Made by a program: the position numbers and the translations under genes
Shown: in pieces, positions 28,225 to 37,943 of the stretch
Layout: each line of letters opens with the position of its first letter
Numbering within the stretch: position 1 is the first letter of the stretch
Origin: Syntrophales bacterium
Lineage (GTDB): Bacteria; Desulfobacterota; Syntrophia; Syntrophales; UBA2210
Direction: 5' to 3'
DNA length: 64,000 nt
NCBI GenBank assembly: GCA_963662405.2
Contig: CAXXKT010000001.1
Location: 1 to 64,000, forward strand
The notes under the pieces: model-generated
The model's input: only the letters and a program-made list of their open reading frames with translations
Databases searched by the model: none
What the model was told of the DNA's origin: nothing

Positions 28225-28920
28225 TTTATCATTTACCCATCGCCTAAAAGACGATAACTGTTCCTCTGTGTGAAAGTAATGTTCTCCATTTTCTAAAACT
28301 TCCAGATCGGATTTAAACTGATTTGAAAATGAAGAAATAGTAATAAAATCTGTCAAATTATCTTCAGAACCATACAAGATCGATGTAGGAATTTTCCATT
28401 CAGCAATGGGATGTTTTTTCACATATGAATAATAATCCCAATAAAGTACTTCACCTATGGGTGTTACTATCTCTTTTTCTTTCATAAGTTTTTCTTCTGT
28501 AATATCAAACCATTTCATCATGTTGATTATAACAGACTCCATATTAACCACTGGAGACAGGAACATTGCTTGCCGCAATTTCTCATGCATATATGCCAAA
28601 AGGCTGAAGTATGCTCCTATGCTGCATCCAAATACACTCACATTATTTGATAGAGATTTTGAGTATTTCATTATTGTATTAAGATCTTCCACGCAATTTT
28701 GAACCTTGCAGAGTGTCGTTTCACTTTTACGATCTCCATGTTTCGGTAAATCAAAGCTCAAAACTTGATATCCTGCTTTAACCGCTTCTTCTGCAAAGAC
28801 AATTATTACGTCATCAGCCTTATTGGACATATTCCCGTGTATGGCAACAAATATCTTTTCTGATTTATCTCCCCATAAAATGGTTGGAATATTAACTACT
28901 TTTAGATCAGACCTGTTCAC
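28216..28920 (-). CDS. Alpha/beta hydrolase (cassette 3), last 10 codons displaced by IS
   Basis: IHGN, FDLPKHG, GCSIG, YGSED, GEHYFH. Confidence 0.85.
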   Translation of the reverse strand: MNRSDLKVVNIPTILWGDKSEKIFVAIHGNMSNKADDVIIVFAEEAVKAGYQVLSFDLPKHGDRKSETTLCKVQNCVEDLNTIMKYSKSLSNNVSVFGCSIGAYFSLLAYMHEKLRQAMFLSPVVNMESVIINMMKWFDITEEKLMKEKEIVTPIGEVLYWDYYSYVKKHPIAEWKIPTSILYGSEDNLTDFITISSFSNQFKSDLEVLENGEHYFHTEEQLSSFRRWVNDKGS

Positions 28921-28981
28921 AATAGAATCCTTGGCAACAATAAGTTACAAATTTTTTAAACCATCAACCGATATCAAAAGC

Positions 28982-29041
28982 ACATAACCTTGCTACTCAG
29001 CCGCGCGGGTTATTGCGTCGGCTTAATTAGCCTGGTTAGGC
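28982..29041 (-). other. attC site of cassette 2
   Basis: GCCTAAC (contains stop codon)...CCGACGC/GCGCGG...GTTATGT. Confidence 0.85.
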
Positions 29042-29701
29042 ATGGTTTGACATGCTGAACTTGGACCTCAGTTTTCGCCACAAAGCGTGTAGGTTCACGC
29101 CAACACCATAAAAGTTGGGTCGCAGTTCGAGAATCGGATCACCGGGTGCAGTGAAGCTTGTGGTCTGCGGATCCGCCGCCGATGTGATTGTGGAACCGAG
29201 GGCCATCAGACGGTCCTGGAGTTCACCGCGAATGTTTGCGAGCACACCAGCAATCTGAGCTGGATTGAAGCTGAATCTGGTGATCTCGAAACCTAAATGC
29301 TGCCTGATCAATTCGGCGCGATGAGGATCGCGGTACGAAAGCGAGCCGGTTTTACATTGAAGTTGTTCTAGTTCCTCAACGCCGAAACGCAATCGATCTT
29401 CGTTCAGAAACTCCGCCTTGGGGTCGCTCATTATGTGAACGTTCCCATGTTCGTCAGTAAGTTGTCCTCCGATGCTGCGATACTCTGGCACGACATCCTC
29501 TTCCCTGAGGGCCGAGTTGGTGTTGAAGTACCCATACAACTCAAGCCTAAGCCATCGATCGAACTCCGCTTCCCTCAACTGGACCGCAAGCTTCCTCGCC
29601 TGAGCCATAGACACACTCAGCGGCCGCTCAGAGAGCCTATCAATCAGCTTGGAGATGCTTTTAGAGACTCGCGCGTACCCATATGTTTCTCGGTTCCCCA
29701 T
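29036..29701 (-). CDS. AbiTii-like domain protein (cassette 2)
   Basis: ARKLAVQL...FDRWLRLELYGY...VPEYRSIGG pattern recalled for AbiTii. Confidence 0.65.
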   Translation of the reverse strand: MGNRETYGYARVSKSISKLIDRLSERPLSVSMAQARKLAVQLREAEFDRWLRLELYGYFNTNSALREEDVVPEYRSIGGQLTDEHGNVHIMSDPKAEFLNEDRLRFGVEELEQLQCKTGSLSYRDPHRAELIRQHLGFEITRFSFNPAQIAGVLANIRGELQDRLMALGSTITSAADPQTTSFTAPGDPILELRPNFYGVGVNLHALWRKLRSKFSMSNHA

Positions 29702-29705
29702 ATAA

Positions 29706-29769
29706 GCCTAACGGCCAGCATCAGTGGCGCGGGCGATAGCCCGCGTCCACCTGGATGCTGTGGTTAGCA
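29706..29769 (-). other. attC site of cassette 1
   Basis: TGCTAAC...GCATCCAG...CTGATGC...GTTAGGC with canonical extrahelical C and A on the top strand. Confidence 0.9.
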
Positions 29770-29774
29770 GACCT

Positions 29775-30413
29775 TTAAGGTATTATTATTCTTTCGCCCT
29801 CCGTAAATTCCTTTGTAACAGTATTACCGTCGAACCTATATTCGATAGTCAGTTTCTTTACGGTCCCATAATCGGGGTCACCTTTTATTTGGTTAGAGGC
29901 CATTACATTCAACTTGTTGCCCACGATTCTTTTTCTTAGTTCTTCAGTCACATCCACGCTCGCCTTTGATGTCCAATACACTGCTTTGAGGATTTCGAAC
30001 TGTGACTCACCCGAGGGTATTTGTGTGTCGACGATTAAGGTCTCAACTATTTCTTCTTGATTTGATTTTTTTAGGGATTTTACTGTGCCTGAGCCTTTGA
30101 TTTTCTTAATTGTTGTGAATGATTGACAATGAAAGTAAAGAGCGAATAAAGCAAAAATAAATGTTGTGCAGATAAAAACGTATAACAGTATATCAAGTAC
30201 ATTGGTTGTCTCTTGTGCTAACTGTATTCCTGTAGCTCTTGTTAGGATAACAGATATAATTCCACCGGCAGTCAAGGAAGCCAACACGCAAAAAATGTCG
30301 CCGAACAGGCTTTGGCTTTTTACATTTTCCAAATCCTCTTCGGTGGTCAAATAGTAAGTAACGTTGCGACCCTTGATTTCGGACGTTATTAATTTGTCAG
30401 AAGTATCTGCCAT
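29775..30413 (-). CDS. 2-TM membrane protein with C-terminal DUF3395/SUEL-like domain (cassette 1)
   Basis: Two TM helices; ILKAVY...VDVT...GDPDYGTVKKLTIEY. Confidence 0.6.
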   Translation of the reverse strand: MADTSDKLITSEIKGRNVTYYLTTEEDLENVKSQSLFGDIFCVLASLTAGGIISVILTRATGIQLAQETTNVLDILLYVFICTTFIFALFALYFHCQSFTTIKKIKGSGTVKSLKKSNQEEIVETLIVDTQIPSGESQFEILKAVYWTSKASVDVTEELRKRIVGNKLNVMASNQIKGDPDYGTVKKLTIEYRFDGNTVTKEFTEGERIIIP

Positions 30414-30426
30414 ATATATCTCCATC

Positions 30427-30460
30427 TGCTAACGGTGTTTATATTGTTTCTGTATAAAAA
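30427..30460 (-). other. attI site
   Basis: GTTAGCA core (30433-30427) complements the first attC R'' TGCTAAC; no attC hairpin upstream. Confidence 0.7.
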
Positions 30461-30492
30461 CCAAACATAGCTGAAGCAGCTACGTAATACAT

Positions 30493-30520
30493 ATTTTAAT
30501 TACGGAAAAAATCATTACAA
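30493..30520 (-). promoter_or_regulatory. Candidate cassette promoter Pc
   Basis: TTGTAA-N16-TAAAAT pointing into attI. Confidence 0.4.
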
Positions 30521-30601
30521 CTTACTGTAATACAAAGAGTATTATGAAAAGCGTCGTTTATTTAGGCGTGTTATACAGAAACTATGTAATACACTCCTTG
30601 T

Positions 30602-31637
30602 TCACCAAAGCGTGTCTGCGGGACTTCGCACCCCCTTTGGTCCCTGATTAAGCACATGAGTATAGATCATCGTTGTCTTGATGTCTTTATGTCCGAGTAG
30701 TTCTTGAATCGTTCTGATATCATAACCGCTTTCGAGAAGATGCGTCGCAAATGAATGGCGAAATGTATGACAGGTTGCCCTTTTCACTAATCCTGCTTTT
30801 TTTACCGCGGTATGCACCGCACGCTGGATTATTGTTTCATGAACATGATGTCGCCCGCGTTCTCCCGTGGTTTCGTTGTGCCACAGTTTTTCTTGTGGGA
30901 ACACCCACTGCCACCGCCACTCCCTATCGGCATTGGGGTATTTTCGTGCCAGCGCATCAGGCAATATGACTTTCCCATAACCTTGTTTAACATCATTTTC
31001 ATGGATCTTTTTAGTTCGCGCCAAATGTTCTATCAGTCTGTCTTTGATCGAAGAGGGTAACATGGTAATACGATCTTTATTGCCTTTTCCGTCACGTACC
31101 GTTATGTAATTCTTATCGAAAATCAATGTCCTGTACCCTCAGACGGAGACATTCCATCAATCGTAGTCCACCACCGTACATGATAGACACGATTAACCAT
31201 TTATCTCCTTCAAGGTGCCGTAAAACATTCTTTACTTCATCACGTGTCATGACAACGGGCAGGCGAACCGGCTTTTTCGCCCGAATGACACTACCAAGAT
31301 CGCCAATCTCACGGCCGATGACATGACGATACAGGAAGAGAAGCGCGCACAGAGCCTGATTCTGCGTGGAAGCACTCACTTTTTCCTTTACCGCCAAGTG
31401 GGTAAGGAATGCATTGATCTCTTGTTCTCCCATCTCACCAGGGTGTTTTACATTATGAAAATATATGTATTTCTTAACCCAATGACAGTAAGTCTGCTCC
31501 GTTCGTCTGCTGTAATGCCGTGCGCGCAAGGCAAGACGCAGGCGGTCGAGCAGTTTCGGCTGTTTGTCGGATTTTTCAGCAGATCCGCCAGCCGAGAAAC
31601 TCCCGAAACGTGTACCTCGTTTTGTTGTTGTTCCCAT
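30602..31637 (-). pseudogene. intI: Integron integrase with a 1-bp insertion frameshift near 31119-31122
   Basis: [36 protein letters not shown], IntI patch [43 protein letters not shown]. Confidence 0.92.
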
Positions 31638-31711
31638 TTTCACTTCCTTACATGTTGCTTCACGAAATACGATACGAAAGATTTATTCCGCACAACGGAA
31701 GTGATGAAACG

Positions 31712-31745
31712 AAAATACCCCGCCTCAGTCGGTGAAGCGGGGTAT
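31712..31745 (-). terminator. Intrinsic terminator upstream of intI
   Basis: ACCCCGCTTCA-CCGAC-TGAGGCGGGGT-ATTTT. Confidence 0.6.
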
Positions 31746-31827
31746 GTGGTCAGATCATAGGGGCCCTTTTTTTCTGTAAAAAGCACAACCCGGTTATGAA
31801 TTATGTCTGAAAGAATATAACGCTTGG

Positions 31828-31855
31828 ATACTACCTCCGTTATGAGATTTGTCAA
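31828..31855 (-). promoter_or_regulatory. sigma70-type promoter
   Basis: TTGACA-N16-TAGTAT. Confidence 0.55.
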
Positions 31856-31924
31856 GGTTTTTCACCCTCACTAGAGAAACATTGGGGTGGCTGTTTCCCC
31901 GGTGTTAAATCCCTTTTTGAAATT

Positions 31925-32296
31925 CTATGAATCCCCTCCCCTGCTCAGGTTCCGGGCGAAAAGGACCGTTTTTCCAATGGCCGCTCCCATGCACAGCAGG
32001 ATCGGGGCGACCGCCAGTAACCCGCTCTGTATCGGATTCTGGAACTCGTTCATGGGGAATACGAAATACAGGGTCCCGATGCATATAAGCGGAACGGACC
32101 ACGCGATACACTGCTTCCCGCCGTACCGGTTGATCGCGTACCAGTTCTCATCGGATTCGAACGCCTGGGACAGCCGGAATCCGTACAGCCTGTTCATCGG
32201 CACCTTCTTCGCCACAAGGGGGACACTGACGAGGATAAACACCACCCCGCAGGTAATGTTTGCGATGCCCAATAGTGTCGCCTGGCTTTCCATCAT
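31925..32296 (-). CDS. SdpI family membrane protein
   Basis: PMNRLYGFRL..AFESDENWYAINRYGG. Confidence 0.75.
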   Translation of the reverse strand: MMESQATLLGIANITCGVVFILVSVPLVAKKVPMNRLYGFRLSQAFESDENWYAINRYGGKQCIAWSVPLICIGTLYFVFPMNEFQNPIQSGLLAVAPILLCMGAAIGKTVLFARNLSRGGDS

Positions 32297-32327
32297 TGCT
32301 CTCTTCTCCGATTCGAAAGGCCCTCCA

Positions 32328-32920
32328 TCAGCACCGTGGATCGGGCGACCGGAAGGACACCATGAACCAGGTGATAACCGAGCCGAGACACGCGCCCGCT
32401 ATCACATCGCTCGGGTAATGGACCCCCAGGTAGACCCGGCTCAACGCGACCAGGGAGGCCACCCCGAAGATCGCCCATCGTCCCCGTCGAAACCGCCCCG
32501 CCAGAACGACCGCGATCATGAACGCGTTGTTCGCATGACCCGAAGGGAATGACCCGCTATGGTGCAGATGCCGGGTTTCGTCCGACAATAGCCGCACGGT
32601 TTCGGCCTGCGCCGCAAAGGGCCGGGGTCGCTGAATCAGGTGTTTGAGGCCGCCATACACCCCGACGTTTACCACATATATCACAGCCATAAAGAGGCAG
32701 AAGGATCCGGCCGCCTTTATCATCGCGCTCCGGGGCCTGTTTCTGAAGCGGGGGCCAGCTGGAAGGACATGACCAGGCCGATACCGCCAATCCACAGCCA
32801 CACGACAGACAAATCGCCAAGATGCGTGACGAGAGGCATGATCACATCAAGAACGGGATTCGAGCAGTCCCTGTTGATCCAGGAAAGGACTGTTCTGTCA
32901 AGCTGGAGAATATTGATCAT
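32328..32920 (-). pseudogene. PAP2 family phosphatase, frameshifted near 32730-32750
   Basis: N-terminus (LDVIMPLVTHLG) in one frame; KHLIQRPRP, SFPSGH, SRVYLGVHYPSDV in another. Confidence 0.75.
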
Positions 32921-32988
32921 ATAGCCTCATCCTTTTGATATCGTGACGCGATTTCTACACGCGCATAATGGTGAACAGTCGTGTTCAC

Positions 32989-33276
32989 TCAGCACCCTTC
33001 AACGGCGATCAGCAGGCCGGTTGCCGCTCCCGTTCGCAGCTTTTTGACCTCCCGGTACTCCGGGGAGTTATACCAGTCCTGTGCCTTCCGAAGCGAAGGA
33101 AACTCTATCAGGACAATCCGTTTGCCTTGATCTTCACCTTCGAGAACGACGGTCTCCCCGCCACGGGCTCGATACCGGCCCCCGTGCGCGGCGATCACCC
33201 CCGGAGACTCTTTGAGATAGTCTTGAAATTTTTCCCAATCGGTCACTTCCACTTGGACAATAACGTATGCCGGCAT
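32989..33276 (-). CDS. DUF1330 family protein
   Basis: MPAYVI, HGGRYRARGG, LIEFPS, WYNSPEY. Confidence 0.85.
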   Translation of the reverse strand: MPAYVIVQVEVTDWEKFQDYLKESPGVIAAHGGRYRARGGETVVLEGEDQGKRIVLIEFPSLRKAQDWYNSPEYREVKKLRTGAATGLLIAVEGC

Positions 33277-33311
33277 GTCATAGCTCCTTCCGTGTTACAA
33301 ATAAATTCTGA

Positions 33312-34190
33312 TCACCGTGTATGTATAGCTTTTTTGGCGACAATTGCAATATCGGGAGACTCGGGAGAAAAAGGTGCCCCCGCGACATCAGAGTAGAACT
33401 CCGCGACCTCAAATCCGCTCTGTTCAAACTCTTCCCGCAACGTGTCCCGGCTGAAATACTGGAGCCAGTTATATATGACGCGGGCTCGCGCCTCTTCAAT
33501 GATCGTATATTTATCGAGCGTGACCTTTTCCTGTTCGTATTTGAATATGTTCATGAACCCGTAATACTCTTCGGGAGACCAGAAGTGATCGAGGAGATTG
33601 CGCTCGCACAGGACGGCCTCCTTTCTGCGGTTGAACTCATTGAACGAATGAACATCCAGGAGAACCGCTCCTCCGGGCTTCAGGAATGCGTGAAACCGGG
33701 CAAGGAGCGTTTTCCTCTGTGACGGGCTGAGCGCGCAAAAATCGCAGAAGATCATCGTAATGAGATCGAATCGTTTCTCCGTTTCAAACTCCAGATAGTT
33801 CCGCTGGCAATAGTCAATATTCAATCCTCTCTGTTCGGCGACCTCCCGCGCGTACCGGATCGACCGCGCGGAGAAATCGATCCCGGTTACTTCGGCACGA
33901 TGCTCCGCGAAGGGGGTCGTATAGAGCCCCGGACCACACCCGAAATCGGCGATACCGGTATGGGCGCCGATGCCAAAGTGCGACACGACCCATCGGACAG
34001 AACGGTCGATGAACCCTTTATTGCGGGATGAAAGATCGATGTTCTCATCCAGATGATACGCAAGCATCTTCTGCGACGTATACTCGTCCGTCCAGAGCTG
34101 ATCCGCGGTGTAGAACTCGAACGGCGCGGGGCGCGCGTTTATGGTTTCCAGGGCATCGATCACAGATGGCTTCACTGTATTTTTTCGCAT
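33312..34190 (-). CDS. Class I SAM-dependent methyltransferase
   Basis: DFGCGPGLY, GIDFS. Confidence 0.85.
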   Translation of the reverse strand: MRKNTVKPSVIDALETINARPAPFEFYTADQLWTDEYTSQKMLAYHLDENIDLSSRNKGFIDRSVRWVVSHFGIGAHTGIADFGCGPGLYTTPFAEHRAEVTGIDFSARSIRYAREVAEQRGLNIDYCQRNYLEFETEKRFDLITMIFCDFCALSPSQRKTLLARFHAFLKPGGAVLLDVHSFNEFNRRKEAVLCERNLLDHFWSPEEYYGFMNIFKYEQEKVTLDKYTIIEEARARVIYNWLQYFSRDTLREEFEQSGFEVAEFYSDVAGAPFSPESPDIAIVAKKAIHTR

Positions 34191-34286
34191 AACGGGTGGA
34201 TGGCTTGCCTTAAAGGGGTTCAGACTATCCCCAGGTTCAAGATACGCTCCGCACAAAGGGCAGTCGGCGAGAGCGGCTGGTATCCG

Positions 34287-34604
34287 CTAGAGATAATCCT
34301 TTCGCGGAGGGCTGAAGAAATCCAATACTTCGCCAGGTTCTATGATTTCAATGCTATGCGCAACGTCGCGAGGAATAGAATATGAATCTCCCGGACCAAT
34401 CTCGGCCACGACATTATCTATGATAATTCTGTACCTTCCAGAAATCACATACCCGCTCTGTTCGTTCGGGTGCTTATGTAACGGGGGATTGTCCCCTTTC
34501 TTGTAAAGCATTTTTGTTACCATTGACTCCGGGCCATGAGAGAGCAAAACAAAATCCACCCCCAGGAAACTCCTCCGCTGTGCCTCGTTCGATTGAACTA
34601 TCAT
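34287..34604 (-). CDS. Cupin domain protein
   Basis: HKHPNEQSGYVISG, GDSYSIP..VAH, FSPPRKDY. Confidence 0.85.
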   Translation of the reverse strand: MIVQSNEAQRRSFLGVDFVLLSHGPESMVTKMLYKKGDNPPLHKHPNEQSGYVISGRYRIIIDNVVAEIGPGDSYSIPRDVAHSIEIIEPGEVLDFFSPPRKDYL

Positions 34605-34713
34605 CTCGCCTCCCTATTGGTGTTCCAAATCATTTGCTGCGGATGACCTACCCCGACAGAGTCGATTCAATCAAGAGGATTTATGTGTTTGGGCACACTC
34701 TGAGCCGCCTCGA

Positions 34714-35211
34714 TCAAACCGTGTCGGCATACAACGTGCGCCCCAGGACAAACAAGACCGGAATAGAGGCCGCGATCCCCAGCGCGACTGCCGGGCCGGC
34801 CCAGTAGAAAGTAGGCAGTTCGATCCGGCCCTCGGAAAGGGCGCGGCTCAGATATAAAATGCCAAGGGGCAGGTTCAGGACGAGCGCCGTGGCGGTTCCG
34901 GGCATGTACCGCCGCAGAAAGACCGATCCGAAAACGTGGGGAATGAAGACATTGAGAACCATGGCCAACACACAGCCAGCCATCAGATACGCGCTGACGC
35001 TCCCGGCGGCCGTAAGAGACGAGGAAACCATAAAGATAACCAGCAGCGCGGAAAGGACAATGACGGCAAAGCGAAACACACGAGGGGCCACCGGTGTATG
35101 CCACCTGCCGGCATGGACCGACCAGGCCGGAAGCCACATCGCCTCCTCCGTGTTGTGAATCAATACCCCCACGGTAAACAACCATCCCAATTGTGTCAGA
35201 GACATATGCAA
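34714..35211 (-). CDS. HXXEE domain membrane protein
   Basis: HNTEE, YMPGTATA. Confidence 0.8.
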   Translation of the reverse strand: MHMSLTQLGWLFTVGVLIHNTEEAMWLPAWSVHAGRWHTPVAPRVFRFAVIVLSALLVIFMVSSSLTAAGSVSAYLMAGCVLAMVLNVFIPHVFGSVFLRRYMPGTATALVLNLPLGILYLSRALSEGRIELPTFYWAGPAVALGIAASIPVLFVLGRTLYADTV

Positions 35212-35285
35212 CCGGACCTCTCAATCACCTGAAACCGTTCACCCTTCCCGACGCCCCACCGCTTTCTCATTCTCGTTATATCCCA

Positions 35286-35900
35286 TTATCTGTCGGTCAT
35301 CGCAAGCTTCACTCCCAGTATGGCAAAGGTCGCTGCGAAAGATCGCTGCAGCCAGCGTATGAACCGGGGAGAGTTCACGACGTATCGTCTGATACTATGT
35401 GCCGAGATGCCGTACATGATAAAAATGATCAACGTCATGGCCATGAACACCATGCTGAGGAGGATCATCTGCGCGGTTGGCGACAAATCGTGGGGGGAGA
35501 TAAAAAGGGGTAGGAACGCCACGAAAAATATGGATAATTTGGGATTCAGGATATTGATCAGGAATCCCCTTCGGGCAATCCGCCATAATCCGTTTCCTGA
35601 AGGAGGGGCGTCGAACCGCAATGCGCCCGTTTCGTGCCACATGGACCAGGCAAGGTACAGCAGATAGAGCGCCCCCGCATATTTGAGCGTCTGGAACGCC
35701 ACGGCACTCATGTGCAGTATCGCGGACAGCCCGAGGATACTCGCCGACAGATGGGGGATGATCCCCGCCGTACAGCCGCAGGCGGCGGCAAGGCTCGCCC
35801 GCCAACCTAAAAAGAGACCATTCGAAACCGTATAGATCACCCCGGTCCCCGGTACCAGGACAACGATCAGCGAAGTTATCAGAAATTCCGTATTCCACAT
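35286..35900 (-). CDS. LysE family translocator
   Basis: VPGTGVIY, GALYLLYLA, NILNPK, FLPLF. Confidence 0.88.
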   Translation of the reverse strand: MWNTEFLITSLIVVLVPGTGVIYTVSNGLFLGWRASLAAACGCTAGIIPHLSASILGLSAILHMSAVAFQTLKYAGALYLLYLAWSMWHETGALRFDAPPSGNGLWRIARRGFLINILNPKLSIFFVAFLPLFISPHDLSPTAQMILLSMVFMAMTLIIFIMYGISAHSIRRYVVNSPRFIRWLQRSFAATFAILGVKLAMTDR

Positions 35901-35937
35901 CGCCGTCTTCCCTTTTTCCTGTTCACAAGGCGTCCCC

Positions 35938-37023
35938 TTATTTCTTCCAATCCGACGCTGCAGGGTAGTCGGGAACTGAGGTCGCGTGCTTCACGGCGTT
36001 GATAATGGCTGTTTTCATGGCCTCTGCCGCGGCCGTTCCCGCCAGATTCACGATATCCGCCGATGCAGCCCTCGAAGCACCCTCCTGAGAGGGAACCGAA
36101 ACGGCAAAAATCGTATCCCCGTCATACATGGTATGGGCCGGGTTGATGGCACGCGCCATCCCGTCATGCGCCATCCGGGCAACCTTTTGCAACTGGGCTT
36201 TCCCAAGCGGGATATTGGTGGCCACCATCCCGATAGTGGTGTTGGTCCCGGGAAAGATATCCTGTATCTCCTGGGCAAGGACGACTTTAACCGATGACTG
36301 AAACGTTCCTGCCTCGTCCCCCCGGACACCGGCTATGATTCGATCACCCTCAATCACATCGCCCAGCGCATTCACCGCCACCAGCGCTCCCACCAGTACG
36401 CCTCCGGGCAGACGAAGCACGGCGGATCCCAACCCGGATTTCATGGCCCTGCTTTTACCCAGGAATTTCCCCACGGTGGCGCCGGTCCCCGCGCCGACAT
36501 TCCCCATTTTCACCGGTGAATGGTCCGCCTTCTCACAGGCCTGGAATCCCCACTGTGCCGACGGCCTGACCGTGGGGTTTCCGATGTCGAGGTCAAAAAG
36601 GACGGCCGCCGGTACAATGGGCACCACGATCCCCTCTCCCACGGGAAAACCGATATGCTCCCGTTCCAGACAGGCCATGACGCCGGATGCGGCATCCAGA
36701 CCGTAGGCGCTGCCTCCGGCAAGGACGATGGCATGAACTTTATCCACCAGGTTCACCGGATCCAGCAAATCCGTTTCGCGGGTCCCCGGCGCGGAGCCCC
36801 GTACATCCACCGCCGCGGTGGCGCCCCCGGTCGCGAACCGGACCACGGTGCACCCCTTCAGGCTTTTCGTATCCGTGTAATGCCCCACGCGGATACCCGG
36901 GATCGCGGTGATGGTGCAATTTTCCGATTCACTGCCCGCCGCCGCTACGCCCCGGAGCGGCACGCACAGGAGCAGGAGGATCAACAGGACAACACTCAGA
37001 TTGTTACCAAGATATCGATTCAT
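35938..37023 (-). CDS. P1/S58 family peptidase (DmpA-like) with signal peptide
   Basis: GSAPGTRETDLL, GGSAYGL, GNVGAGTGA, TNTTIG, HTMYDGD. Confidence 0.88.
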   Translation of the reverse strand: MNRYLGNNLSVVLLILLLLCVPLRGVAAAGSESENCTITAIPGIRVGHYTDTKSLKGCTVVRFATGGATAAVDVRGSAPGTRETDLLDPVNLVDKVHAIVLAGGSAYGLDAASGVMACLEREHIGFPVGEGIVVPIVPAAVLFDLDIGNPTVRPSAQWGFQACEKADHSPVKMGNVGAGTGATVGKFLGKSRAMKSGLGSAVLRLPGGVLVGALVAVNALGDVIEGDRIIAGVRGDEAGTFQSSVKVVLAQEIQDIFPGTNTTIGMVATNIPLGKAQLQKVARMAHDGMARAINPAHTMYDGDTIFAVSVPSQEGASRAASADIVNLAGTAAAEAMKTAIINAVKHATSVPDYPAASDWKK

Positions 37024-37247
37024 TATCTTCCTTTCTCGACACGAATCCCTTCAGACCGGCCCCTTCGAACACCCTGGTGATCATCCCTTCACCGGACCGG
37101 ACCGCGTTCATAGAATCAGGTATCGTAAATCATTTAAAACGTTTTCGCTATCGTTTTAGCAGCAATCGGCAAGGAGTTTCAAGAAATACCGATGTTCCCG
37201 GTCGAGAACCGTTTCGGGAACAAAAGGATATCCATGGCATGCGCCCT

Positions 37248-37877
37248 TTAGCCGCCCGAGTCCCGGTTCGCAGCCAGGGCACGCATACAGGACTTCAGTG
37301 AGGCTATCGTATCTTCCGCGCTGGTGAAGAGGAGGGCACGGATACCGACATCCCAGGCGCCGTTCAGGGCTTCTTCATCATCATCGATCAGCAGTGCCTC
37401 GGCGGGGGCGACATCGAGCCTCTTCAGGGTGAGTTCATAGATCTCCCGTTCCGGTTTGACGGTCCGTTCCATGCATGAGAAGGTGAAGACGTCAAACATG
37501 GGATAGTTCAGTTCCCGGCAGTAACGGGCGGCCGGTTCCTCCGCGTTCGACAGGAGCGCCGTCCGGAATCGGTTTCCCTTCAGGAGGGCGACCATGTCGA
37601 ACATCTCCGGTCGGGGAACGTACGCCCTGCGGAACGCCTCACCCCAGAGAGAGGGAACACGCGGAGGGGACACCTGCAGGTCACCGCACGCCCTCCGCCA
37701 GAATTCTTCCTCCGAGATCTGTCCTCGGAGAAAGGGAGGATAGTGTGTCTCCCGCACCTCGGCGAACCGCGCCGCCGGGACACCCAGGGTGGCGCTGCAG
37801 TATGCAACCAGCGCGGGAGTGGGATTGTCGATCAGGACCCCTCCCCAATCAAAGATGACCGCCTTGATACCATTCAT
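37248..37877 (-). CDS. HAD family phosphatase
   Basis: FDWGGVL, LSN, KPEREIY, IDD. Confidence 0.88.
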   Translation of the reverse strand: MNGIKAVIFDWGGVLIDNPTPALVAYCSATLGVPAARFAEVRETHYPPFLRGQISEEEFWRRACGDLQVSPPRVPSLWGEAFRRAYVPRPEMFDMVALLKGNRFRTALLSNAEEPAARYCRELNYPMFDVFTFSCMERTVKPEREIYELTLKRLDVAPAEALLIDDDEEALNGAWDVGIRALLFTSAEDTIASLKSCMRALAANRDSGG

Positions 37878-37943
37878 GACCCGATCCCCCGGGGTTCACG
37901 ATATTCGTTCCTTCAATCCCGGCTCTCATCCGGGAGCATTTCG

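Noticed and set aside
31113..31126. Programmed ribosomal frameshift in intI
   Set aside because: No slippery heptamer or stimulatory structure seen; a simple insertion explains it.
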